64,000 bases of DNA from contig CM060731.1 in NCBI GenBank assembly GCA_030704615.1, forward strand, positions 87,916,001 to 87,980,000, read 5' to 3'. This document shows positions 39,284 to 50,665 of the stretch, piece by piece (positions within the stretch are counted from its first letter, which is position 1; each line of letters starts with the position of its first letter). The notes below the pieces were generated by a model. The model worked only from the letters and a program-made list of their open reading frames with translations, had not been told where the DNA came from and ran no database searches. The translations under genes were made by a program, and so were the position numbers. Origin of the DNA: Takakia lepidozioides. Lineage: Eukaryota; Plantae; Bryophyta.

Positions 39284-41040
39284 GAGTGAAGAAGAAACCC
39301 AAGGGCAGAACTTGGAGGATGAAAATAGAGAGAAGAAATTGGAAGACGAAGAGTATGAAGAAGTAGACCCAACAGCTGAGGTTGAGACTACAACCAGGAC
39401 ATCCCAACCCGTTGGACCTGGATCAAGTGGAGCACTTGGATCACAGGCCAACAAGGTGTCGGCTCAGGGGATCAGGCGGGCTGCCTGGATCTGGCTCTGG
39501 GGGGACAGGGAGTGTGGGAAGTAGTGCAACTGGAGCTGGGAATACTGTGAGTATCGTGGGGCCAATAGCAGGGAGTGCTCAAGGGCCACCACTTGGTGGA
39601 AGATCCACCACAACAACAACAGGTCCTAAAGGACCAGCACCAGCAAAGGTGCCAGCACCTGTCAGTGGGCAGAATGTAGGGCCACAGATGGCGTTACAAC
39701 CAACACGGGCAAAACCACCTTTTCCAATATATTCAGGAAAAGGGGATCCCGATGTGCACATTACAATTTGAGCACATGTGTATAGTGAACAATGAGAATG
39801 GCGATGATGCCAAGATGAGATTGTTTCCTTGTTCACTTATCAAGAAAGCAAGTGAATGGTATGCAAGATTCCCTGATAATCATTTCCTAACCTGGAATGG
39901 CTTGAATACAGCATTCCGAAATAGGTTCAGGACAAGTAAAACTGAGGATGAAGTGTATGGAAGTTTACAACAGTTAAAGCAAAGGAAGCATGAAACTGTT
40001 GAGGAGAAGTATATGGAAAGATGGAATTGATGATGAAAAAGCTGGCTGCTGTACCAGCACCAGGTTTACAGAAGACTGGTTTGTGAGTGGGACTAAGACC
40101 AGAGTTGCAGAAGAAAGTGGATATGTTACCCCCATATATACAGTGGAGGAGGCATTTTGAAACTGCAAACATAATTGAGCAATTGGGAATGCTCAGGAGA
40201 GAGAAAAGGGATGATGAGGATTCTGAGGATGAGTCAGATGAAGAAAAGAGCAAGAACTGAAAAGGAAGAGTAAGAGAAAGGAGAAGTTGAAGAGGGATAA
40301 CTATAAGAAAGATTAGAAGAAATCTTGAAGAAGTATGCCACAGAGGCTGCAACACATTGGAGGAAGGGTGTTTGGTGTGCAAAGTGCCAGAATGAAGGCC
40401 ATACCACCACTGAATGCCACATGAAGGAGAAACACTGTACTATCTGTAAAATGGATAACCATTCTACTGAGAATTGTTACTACAACAGAAGGACACAGCT
40501 GCAAGAGAACCTAGGCAAATAAGGGTGCATCAAGTGCAGCCCCAGCCAAGAAGAAACATGATCAGGACCACTATGGTAGGTCTGGTGGTTATAACAATGG
40601 CATGGAAGGGAGAGGTAATTCAAGAGGGAATTACCAAGGAATTCCAGAGGCAACTATCAAGGTAATCCAAGGGGGAATTACCAGCCGAGAATCAGGATTA
40701 CAGAAATAATCCAAGAGCAGACCAAGGGCGAGGACCCAATGGTGAAGAACTATGTTACTATTGTAATCAACCAGGACATCGCAAGGCAGCCTGTCCATTC
40801 TGGATTAGACACCAGAATGAGATGAGAGCTCCTGTGAATGAGGGCCCAGTGGTGGCAGCTCACATAGTTAGGCTATGTGTTGTACCAGAAGTAAGTACAA
40901 TGATAGTAACAAGAAGCAAAGCCAAACTAATACCTCCAGTAGTTGAGGAAGATGATGATAATGAAGGTGGCAGTGATATGCCCGAAGATCCTTGGAGAGA
41001 TGAGAAGGAACTGCACAAGGAAGTGGCAGATACCATAAGG
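39284..41040 (+). pseudogene. gag of a non-chromovirus Ty3/Gypsy element, preceded by a degenerate extra ORF (~38084-39130); cut by MULE A
   Basis: FPIYSGKGDPDVH; RLFPCSL..ASEWY..TWNGL..F..RF; LKQRKHETVEE; three CCHC knuckles (CAKC..GH..EC, CTIC..NH..NC, CYYC..GH..AC). Confidence 0.85.
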
Positions 41041-41890
41041 GAGGTTTACTATTTCATGAGCAGAAACCATGAGCCATGAGCCATGAGCCGCATGAGCCGC
41101 ATGAGCGGTGAGCCGAAGTCTAAGATACGCGGATTTCATGAGCGGACTCCTCCAAATTTGGAAATGCGGCAGATTAAACAAGTATTAAAATAATAGTTTT
41201 TTATTTGACCTTGCCGTTTTTGGACGTTCCAGATCATGTAATGCGGCGAAGATATGTCGTCAGTAACAAGTCCGCTCATGGTTTTATAGATCCGCTCATG
41301 GAAATAAGTGACAGTGCAACGGGAAATCCAGTATACCACTGCAAAAGGATGTCGCATACTGGCCTGTATAGAGTATTCCGCGGTTTTACATGCCTTAACA
41401 TTGGAATGAAGCTGACCCTTTTGCCGCGATTGAACCAATGGAGTCTGCACCAATACAGTCTGCAGTACTTCACAATTCTGTCTTCTTCGGGTATTCGGCG
41501 GGAAAGGTTTGCAACTGAACTGGGAATAAGGTGCCGCATTAGGGTTCGCACGTGCGAAATTTCGGAGCGGTTTGGTGTTGGCGAAGGCCGCCTCTACCAG
41601 TACCTACGACGATACTTGGAAATGCGGCGCCGCATTTCCTTGTCGGAGGTCGAATGAGGAAAGCAAGTTTTCGGAAAGCAGAAAAACATGAACCCTCCAA
41701 CATACAAAAATACATGCACGTGGAAACAAGTGAACGATATAGTAATATCTTAGTTCGAGCAAAACAGGTTACTGGTAGGCAAGACATATGTCGGACCTTT
41801 CTGTGGCCAGAGTCTGAGGTACTGGCAGCAGTACAGTTCTACTATCCGAAAAGGATGGGCGTACCATTGTATTGGGACCGCAAGCCAAGC

Positions 41891-44800
41891 TCACTGGTCC
41901 CCTGGATCCATATTCAGAAGAGTGTGAACCTCCTGGGGGCTCAACCCTGGTGCATGTATGAAGTGATGAGTTGTGGAATTACAACGGAGTCTCTTTAGGT
42001 ACACGTAGTACAAATGCTTGCAAGGGCAGTATGATGCCCCCTTGTTCGCCATGATCTGGAAGTCGGTGCAATTGCAGGTGGGTAATTCTGAAATGGTGAT
42101 GGTGTACACCTCATTGCGAACAGCTGAGCCCGCCGTGGCCATCTGATACACACGCCCGAATCCTGGTGGGGGCACTTCTGTCGAGCTCTGGATTGTACAG
42201 TTCATCCGAAGTGCATTCCCCATCCTTGTCTCGTTCACTTTTGAGGGAGGTCGCCGCCTCTTCGGTTTCCCCCAACGGTGTGTAGGATGCTTAGAGCTGT
42301 CGTGTCCCATTGTTCTTGCTCTCACAGGGGTCGGTGGTGGAGGCTGTGGAAGCGGAAATGGTTGTCTGGGGACGTCAGTGCGCTGCACCATCCGAAATCC
42401 TGCGGCGGTAAGGGCGTCGGCCTCAACCTGACTCAGATCGCAGCCTGGTTCCACCGGCCACACCGGGGAGCCTCTGGCATTGTTTGTATGCCGTACTTGG
42501 GCTTTCCATACACGCAAGTCATAATGTCGTGCCTGCAGAACCAGAAACTGGGTGGTTGTCGCCTCCGCAAACTTTGCATGGACAAATCTTCCTGTAAAAG
42601 TAGGAGCAGGGACAGCCCCATCTGGATTCCTCCTTATCATCTCTAAACAACGTTGCCGTGTATCCACACGAATTGCGGAACACCTTCCTCGAAACGACGG
42701 CTTTGTGCGAGCAATTCTCCACTGTGAGCAGACACAGTCGTCTCCACAATGGCTTGGCCATACTGCATAACACAGCGGGCGGAATCTGGGGCAAGGGAGC
42801 GGTGGGAATTTCTCGCACGAAATCCCCGGTTGAAGGCGACGGCATCTGGAATTTCTTGGGCTTCCACTGCTGGAAGACACATTGTGCGGCAACATGACGG
42901 GACCTCGAGGTGCTGTCCGAATGTTCCTGTCGGATCTCCAGGAATCCTCTTCGCACCCGGTTCCTCTTCAATCCTCCGCCTGACAGGGCGAGTCCGGACG
43001 TCCCCCTCTAGGTGTTCACCTCTGCGGTGCAGAGGCGTCCCTTTGATCTTCTCTCGCAATGCTGTCGCCCATTTCACTGGATTCTTGGACCTCGAAGCTG
43101 TTCGTACCAACAATTCCTCCCTGTCCGGCCAAAGCCCCATTGTTTGCCGCTCAGGAACTTGTAGTACGTGGCTTGCTGCATGATTGCTCTGTCGATGTCC
43201 TCCGTTGTGGCCGTCACTACGTCCACCAGATGTGCGGCAGAAGACGCTCGCCAGGAGGAGTGGACCGATTCTGCCATATTCGTGTTCGGCATGTCCGTGT
43301 CGGAATCCAAGCACCGCTCCTAGAAGGACACAAACAATGGTGAGGGACCAATCGAAATGTCCGTAACAGAAAGACAAATGAACGAAAATGACAGCAGCCT
43401 ACCTCCCGCATGTACTGTCCGAACTGTCGATACCGAAAATGCCACCACCCCAACCAGCTGTGCAATGCTCCCAGATTGGTTGTCTCCACTGCACCTGACG
43501 TGTTCCACCAAGCCTCGATGATAGCAAACTTAACCTCCGCGTCATCAAATGTGGGTGCATCCTTCCACGCCGTACAAAGGAGCCTGGAATGAGCTAGCAA
43601 CAAATTTGGTAGTGTAGTGGGATAGACTCTGCATCCAATGGAATCCACAGGATCTCTCTTTCCCCTCCATTGGAACATTGGGGTCCTCACCGTACACACG
43701 CCGCACCGCTGCCCAGTTGGCCTGAGCGTTGTCTGCCATGAATCCCCTGAAATTGGGCTCTGGCAATCCCGCCCTTGCCATCTGCTCGTTTATGCCCTCC
43801 CACAGATGCATCTCGGACTGTGTGTCCTCCCCTTTCATCTCGCAGATTGCAATCGTCATGAGCCTCTTGGAGTGATAGTCATAAACATGCGCACCCATAG
43901 TCACCCACTGATGGTTTGTAATTCGCTTGATGTGATCAAACATCACCCAAGCATTCGACAAGTTTCCAGTTGTCATGCGAGTGACCAAGTCGACTCCACT
44001 CCCAGGCCCACACGTCGACATTTTGAAAATGTAACAACGATCGGATTCGCTGCCTTGCCCTGGAAACCTGCTACCTTGGATGTAGTCATATCCAGTCATT
44101 CGTTTCACCTCCAGGATTGAGTACATGTCCGACCCCCTGCCAAACTCCTGCTTGCAAGATACGATGTGATTCCGCACATTCGGACTACAAACGTGCGAGA
44201 CGGACTCCAAGAGGTCACGCATCTCGTCTTCGGTCAAGGGCTCTCGGTCGGAACCATCTTCAGACATGATTTTGCCAAGAGCAATCTTGTGGGCTGCCTT
44301 CAGCTGAATCTGCTTTGGTCTGGCTCCGGGGCTCAATTTCACCTCCTCTTTTATGATGTCGTGTGCTTCCTGCACAGCCTCACGCATGTTGCCTCTCGCC
44401 AAGGGGTGGCAGTGGACCCCAACGTGTATGCAAGCTCTAGTCAAGTCCGGGAGCAAATGGATTACGTAATATTGCTTGGCTCTGCACATGGACATGCACG
44501 TCGGTGGTTCTTTGCAATGTGCACACTTGAAAGAACCCGCAGAGCTTGGCTGGAGACAATGAATGGATGATGCGTTGTGCCAGTCCAATCCGTCTCGTTT
44601 CTCCGCCCTCCTTTGGAGAGAAAGTGGAAGCAGGTGGGATTGAGGCACCTCAGCTTCCCCCCGCACAGAGGACATATCGTACACGAACACCATCAGCAAT
44701 TTTCGTGCTACTGGTCTTCGTCACACACCAGGGGTGTCCGTCATGCTTTCGATCCATGTCTGTTAACATCCCGGAGGCTTTGTTTGACGAAGAAACAGGT

Positions 44801-45487
44801 GGAAACTCGAAGATGACATTGCCATCGACTTCGGAGGCAGAAAAACGTTACCTTTCTGACTGGGAATTTGGCATAGTCGAGAGCAGCCAGCTCGGAGCGA
44901 GAACCATCGAGGTGATGTTGTCGTAGGAGCTGCACAATGGACCGGGTTGGAGTTATGCTCGAGGGCACATGCGTAGCACCTACAGAGACGTCCATGCCGG
45001 ATTTGAACGACCGTGTGGAGGACATGGGTACCTCAATGCAATCATCTTCCTCGTCGGAAATGTCGAATACGTCCACACGAGAAGCTATGGAGGGTCTTGA
45101 CGGTCCAGGTCGGGAATGATTATCGTTGCATACCTCTCTGTTGGCAGTGGCCGCCTGTCGGTTTCCGGACTCCTTTGTGGATGGTGTGGGCAGCGACTGA
45201 TTCGGAAAGGGAATGGGCATTCCCACAGCTCGGTACAGGATGGTGTCTGATGGGGGTACGTGCCATTCGATTCCGCAACCTCCGTCGTTACCTAGCACGA
45301 CAATGGTCTCGTCAACCTGTCCAGGAACATCCTTCCTTTCTTCTTCCAAATAAACTGTGCCCGGTTTGAGCTTGAATTTGGAACAAAGGTAAGTTTCAGT
45401 CACTCTGCAAAGTCCTCCCTCGTTTGGGATCCAGGCTCTCCCAAGTTGCGGAGGACAGCAAACTATAGCGTAGGAATTCGGAGCCAT
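41891..45487 (-). pseudogene. MULE transposase A (GCM-like domain, DDE, SWIM), frameshifted, with an intron near 43320-43402
   Basis: RKHDGHPW; CAHCKEPP..RACIHVGVHCH; VMFDHIKR; FMADNAQAN; CGFHW; TNMAESVH; CNCTDF..CKHLYY. Confidence 0.85.
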
Positions 45488-45901
45488 CGAACACCGCACG
45501 AAGTTGGCAAGTGCGAGGTTCAGTATAGCGACAGACCAAGGCTCACAGGCACCATGCGGAGTCCATCGACGATTGGAAGTCGCACATTGAAGTGGAAAGT
45601 ATTGTTTCAAGCTACATGCATGAAGGTGGGAGGTGTGATTCCATAGCCAGTAAGTATGACAATGATGGCCGATTCGGCGACGAAATAACATCTCCTGACA
45701 GTTTCTCCTGAGGGTGGATCCAGCAGTATTCTCGGTGCAGAGGAACGTTCGCACTGACAAGTGCCAGTACTGTTAGTTAAAACGGTCAGACAACCAAGTT
45801 GTGCTCATCAAGACTGGCCGCAATTGTGTTGTTTCGGAACAATGCAACCCATTCAGGTTCCAGATTTCCCGTCCCGAGTGATTCTTTCGATTGCTGGTGG
45901 A

Positions 45902-47430
45902 CGGAAATACGGCGCCGCATTTCCGTATTGCATCTTGGTCATGCACCAGAGCGACGGAAATGCGGCACGAGTTTCCGTCCGGGGGAAACCTTTATACTCT
46001 CCAGAACGGAAATGCGGTAACGCATTTCCATCCAGCAAGCACGGTATGTGAAGGTGGAACGGAAATGCGGTACCGCATTTCCGTTCTGATTGAGAATTAT
46101 GAACAAAGGGAACAGAAATGCGGCATTTCCGTCCGATCGCACTTTCCGACATTCCAGAACGGAAATGCGGCACCGCATAAGACCTTAACACTCTCCAGAA
46201 CATGCGGTAACGGCAAGCACGTATGTGAAGGTGGAACGGAAATGCGGTACCGCATTTCCGTTCTGATTGAGAATTGAACAACGGGAACAGAAATGCGGCA
46301 CCGCATTTCCGTCCGAGTCGCACTTTCCGACATTCCAGAACGGAAATGCGGCGCCGCATTTCCATTTTGTATCTGATGCATGGAGCCGAGTGCAATTCCG
46401 ACCGCTTGAGGCGCAATTCCGACCGGTTGAGACATTCATACTATCCAGAACGGAAATGCGGTGCCGCATTTCCGGGTGAGGAACTGAATCGAACTGAAAA
46501 TCGTGAACCATCGGAACTGAAATGCGGCAGCGCATTTCCATCCGAGTCGCACCTCCCAACATTCCAGAACGCAAATGCGGCACCGCATTTCCGTTCTGAT
46601 GAAAAATCGTGAAACATCGGAACTGAAATGCGGTACCGCATTTCCGTCGGAGTCGCACCTTCCGACATTCCAAAACGGAAATGCGGCGCCGCATTACCGT
46701 TTTGTATGTGAGGCATGGAGCTGTGGAACGAAAATGCGGCACCCATTTCCGCCAGGGTCAGACCTTAATACTCTACAGAACGGAAATGCGGTACCGCATT
46801 TCCGTTCTGACTGAAAATCGTGAACAACGGGAACAGAAATTCGGCTCCGCATTTCCGTCCGAGTCGCACCTTCCGACATTCTTAACGGAAATGCGGCGCC
46901 GCATTTCCGTTTTGTATACGAGGCCTGGAGCTGTGGGACGGAAATGTGGTGCCGCATTTCCATCCATGTGAGACCTTCAAACTTTCAGACAGGAAATGCG
47001 GCACCGCATTTCTGTTCAGGTGAGACCTCTATACTTTCCCGAACGGAAATGTGGAACGGCATTTCCGTTCATCAACTAAGGTATGTGAAGGGGGAACGGA
47101 AATGCGTACTTTCGTTCAGATTGAAAATCATGAACCACGGGAACTGAAATGTTGTGCCGCATTTCCGTCCGAATCGCACCTTTCGACATTCCTGAACGGA
47201 AATGCGGCGCCGCATTTCCCTTTTGTATCTCATACATGGAGCTGTGGGACGGAAATGCGGCACCGTATTTCCGTTCAACAACTAAGGTATGTGAAGGTGG
47301 AACGGAAATGCGGTGCCGCATTTTCTTCCAACAAGTACGGATGTGTAGCTTCGTGATGGTACTTAACGGAAATGCGGCGCCGCATTCGCATTTTCACTCC
47401 AACTCATCAGACGCTGGGACGGAAATGCCT
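45902..47430. repeat. ~28 copies of palindrome GGAAATGCGGCGCCGCATTTCC at 52-53-bp period
   Basis: Starts at 46571, 46624, 46677, 46730, 46782, 46835, 46887, 46940, 46992, 47045; one more copy at 41618. Confidence 0.95.
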
Positions 47431-47816
47431 TGAAATGTGAACACGTGGAGCAACGGAATTGCGGCACATGTCGCACTCTATCTGACTGAAGTGGCATGAG
47501 GCGGCGCGGCCTGACCGTTGGATAATGATGTTTTTTTTCGGACGGCAGGCGTACCCTGAACGATGAATTTCGTAATGACGCAAAGTCCACGAGGAGACAC
47601 TTTCGTCCAACCCTTTCGAACCCAAGTGGTGCATCACCGCCGTTTCATCTACTTTTGTCGTGTCTCCTCGGTCACCCCTCTCGCGCCCTTTCCATCTGCA
47701 CTCTTTGCCCCTTTTCCCTGTCTCTGTTCTTCTTATGCTCGAACCTGAGGGGGGATTTCGTGCACCATACAGGAGACCTCGTCGAAGCTCCGAAATTATA
47801 CTTTGGACGTAGGCCA

Positions 47817-49857
47817 ATGCCGAAGGGGAGGAAGCAGATGCGTCTACAGGAGGAGATTGTCATCTCCGAGCAGCAGGCCACTAAGGCAACCCAGCACCAG
47901 TGAGAGCTCCATGCGATCGGGCTGCGCGCAGCTGATCGAGCACCGAACCCCCCATTTTGCTTCTGTAATTCTTAGACTGAATGCTAGGAGACTTGAATGC
48001 AGAACATGTTTGCATGCCTAACATGAAAGGTGGACGTGCTGGAGGGATCGCAGGAATCCGAAGAGCCAGGAAGAGTCCGAGGAGCTAGCTGCAGCACGTA
48101 CACCCACCCGATCCCCGAGCGCGGGTATTCCTGCCGGGCCTAGCCCTGTGCGTTTCAAAGACGCGGCTTCGAAGGCAAGTTCAAAGCCCCAGAGATCGAC
48201 TCGCGTTCTTCGGTCATAGAGAATCGCCAGCAGGGGTCGGGCCCTTCTCCAGCAAAGTCGAAGAAGAAGCAGCCCGTCCCTCTACTGATTTCTGAACCGG
48301 CTCAGGCCGCTTCACCCCCCCCAACGCGAATGAAGCAGCCTGGTAAAAGACAGATTCAATTGCAGCAGACACCTTCACACCTGCAAGGATGAGGAAGCAG
48401 AAGGCAATCAGGGCGACGGCGAACAATCTCCCGCAAAACCGCTCCACGAACTGAAGCTCAGTTCCTGGAGGATTTCCCGCCTGCAGATGTTGGGGCCGAC
48501 TCTGCTGCAGCGAAGGCAATGAGGATCGACCGTTTCTGTCGATTTGGTACCGGAGGAGGGTGCTGCGCTCAACGTTCGCAGCAAGACTCACCACCGATGA
48601 GCAAGCAGGCCGGAGGAGGCCTCTGCAATGGCAGAATTGCCCGCAGACAGGCCTCGAGTGCAGCTCCAGTTGAGGATGCTCCAGCTGCTCAGCCACTACC
48701 GGCACCTACAGACATGTCTCCGGAGGATTTCAAAAGTGCAGCGGATAAAATGTTGGAGGAGACGCACAGTAGCATGGCAGAGTTCTGGGCAGCAGGGTAT
48801 TCCAGGACTCTTCGAATCCCACTCTGTCGCAAGGTCTCCCTTCCCATCGTCAGGCAGGCCCTTCCCGGAGATGTGGATAAGCTCAAGTTCGCATTTCGAG
48901 AAGGTATCGTCTGGGATCGGCAACGTTTTACGTTTCCATTGAGAATGAGGACGGCGAAACTCGTGGACCCATTGCCGATGAATTGTCAACGTGGGATACC
49001 CACTGGCACACTCGCAACAACGAATTCGAGGCGACACTGAAGGGTGATCCAGACTTCGGCCATATGTCGGGTAAAATGTTCTTTGTGTGGGACGGGAATC
49101 ACCGACTTCTCGCCTGGTGGGAGTACATCAAGCAGAACCATGCCAAGCACATTGGCTGGCATTACATGGTGGAGTGTGTCATCCTCAAGGTGAAGGCGGC
49201 AGACTCCTCCTTGCTCAAGAATGCCATGGCGGACCTCAACTCGTAAGATACTCATACCCTCCCAAGCACGTTCGAAATGCGGTGCGCATTCGGTTTCCAA
49301 GCTGTTTTGTTTCCGTGCTTTCGTGGACTGAACTGGAGAGTGTGCCTTGCAGGGTCACTGAAAATGCGTACGTGCATACCCACATGGCACATATGCTGTA
49401 TAGGGTGAGGAAAACTGGTCTCACTGATCCGCACATGTTCGCGGAAATGCTGGAGCCCGAGCTCATTCAGAAAGCCGTGGCAAAAACTGACCGGACATGG
49501 TATCGTCTCACTATGGATGGAATGGTGGAGGTGATATACGAAGTAAGTCGTCCTCTAATTTCCCTCTGCTCATCCTTCGGATTGAAATTTCCAGTAATCT
49601 TTCCACATGAATCGAATGTAACGCTTCTGCATGTTTTTGTTGGCAGTCAAACATCAAGCTGGATTTGGCCCATGCCAAACGGTTCTTCATGGAAAGTGAG
49701 GGGCAGGTGAAAATGTTGCAGTCATTGACTGAGCATTGAAGGAAGCGGTGTCAAGTCCAGAACCAAATACAAGTCAAAGCTTGTGAAGCTGGTGGCAATT
49801 GCAGATCCGGCACTTGGAAAGGACTTCATCCCCGAGATTGCAAAACACTATTCTCGG
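47817..49857 (+). pseudogene. Cargo gene A: ParB/Sulfiredoxin-like domain protein, multi-exon, 3'-truncated
   Basis: LRIPLCR..VRQAL..DVDKLK; GKMFFVWDGNHRLLAW (DGNHR at 49091-49105); AMADLN followed by a GT..AG intron; ends at VAIADPALGKDF..KHYSR. Confidence 0.75.
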
Positions 49858-50665
49858 GGGGGGGGCTGCTATTTCATGAGCGGCATGAGCATGAGCGGCA
49901 TGAGCCGGAAAAAAAAAAGCATGAGCAGACCATTGTGAGTCCACGGAAATAGGGTTAGGAGGCACGGAAATAGGGTCATGTGAAGTTGGAATGTGGCACC
50001 AGTGGACTTGAAATGCAACATTTTATTGCAAATTTTGTGGCAAGCCACGTCTATACAAGTGTGTTCTAACTGTCATAGCCGGAATGGGCACTACTCTCCT
50101 ACACCCCGAGGAACTTGCCCCACCTTCTTCCTCATCCCCCTCATCCCCCTCATCGAGCTCTGATGCATCAGTTTCCACTATGCCTCTCAAAAATCCCGTC
50201 CTCTCCTTGGGGACTGTCCACCTCACCTCCTGGGAATCTTCTGCGTCTTCTCCCCCACTTTCCTCAGCAGAATCCAACACAAATCTACGAGCTCGACGGG
50301 CTCTAATAGCTGCTGCCTCCTCCCTCATCTTCATTTTCTTGAGGCTTGCCTCGTCTAAAATCTGCTGTACACGACTACGTTCGGAACACCTCCTAATGGA
50401 CACCGAAGCAAGCCGGGCAGCATAAGTAGGAAGGATGTACTCCCTTTCTGGACTAGGCATGAAATCCCCCTGGCAAAAAAAGGCACGTTCCTCCTGCCCA
50501 TGAACTCCGGTGTAGACGTCCCTCCGGCAGTACTTGGCATCCTACAGTAAGAACAAATCCACTTGAAGAATGTCAATACCAGCACAACCAGAAGGGTTTT
50601 CAATGAAATAAGAGAGCGGAGGGAGGTGCCTCACAAAAATCTGAGGCAACTTACAATGCCACCAC

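Larger units (their letters stand above)
41041..49860 (-). mobile_element. MULE element A (one TIR; truncated by element B)
   Basis: TIR GAGGTTTACTATTTCATGAGC followed by CATGAGC repeats at 41041-41113; contains transposase, palindrome array and cargo gene. Confidence 0.85.

Noticed and set aside
45902-47430. CRISPR array (palindromic repeat with ~30-bp spacers)
   Set aside because: Spacers recur as a few related types, there are no cas genes, and the context is eukaryotic and intron-containing.
45799-47433. Many overlapping ORFs (GNAAPHFR / EMRRRIS repeats), likewise at 52572-52977 and 54742-55729
   Set aside because: They are translations of stop-poor palindromic repeats.
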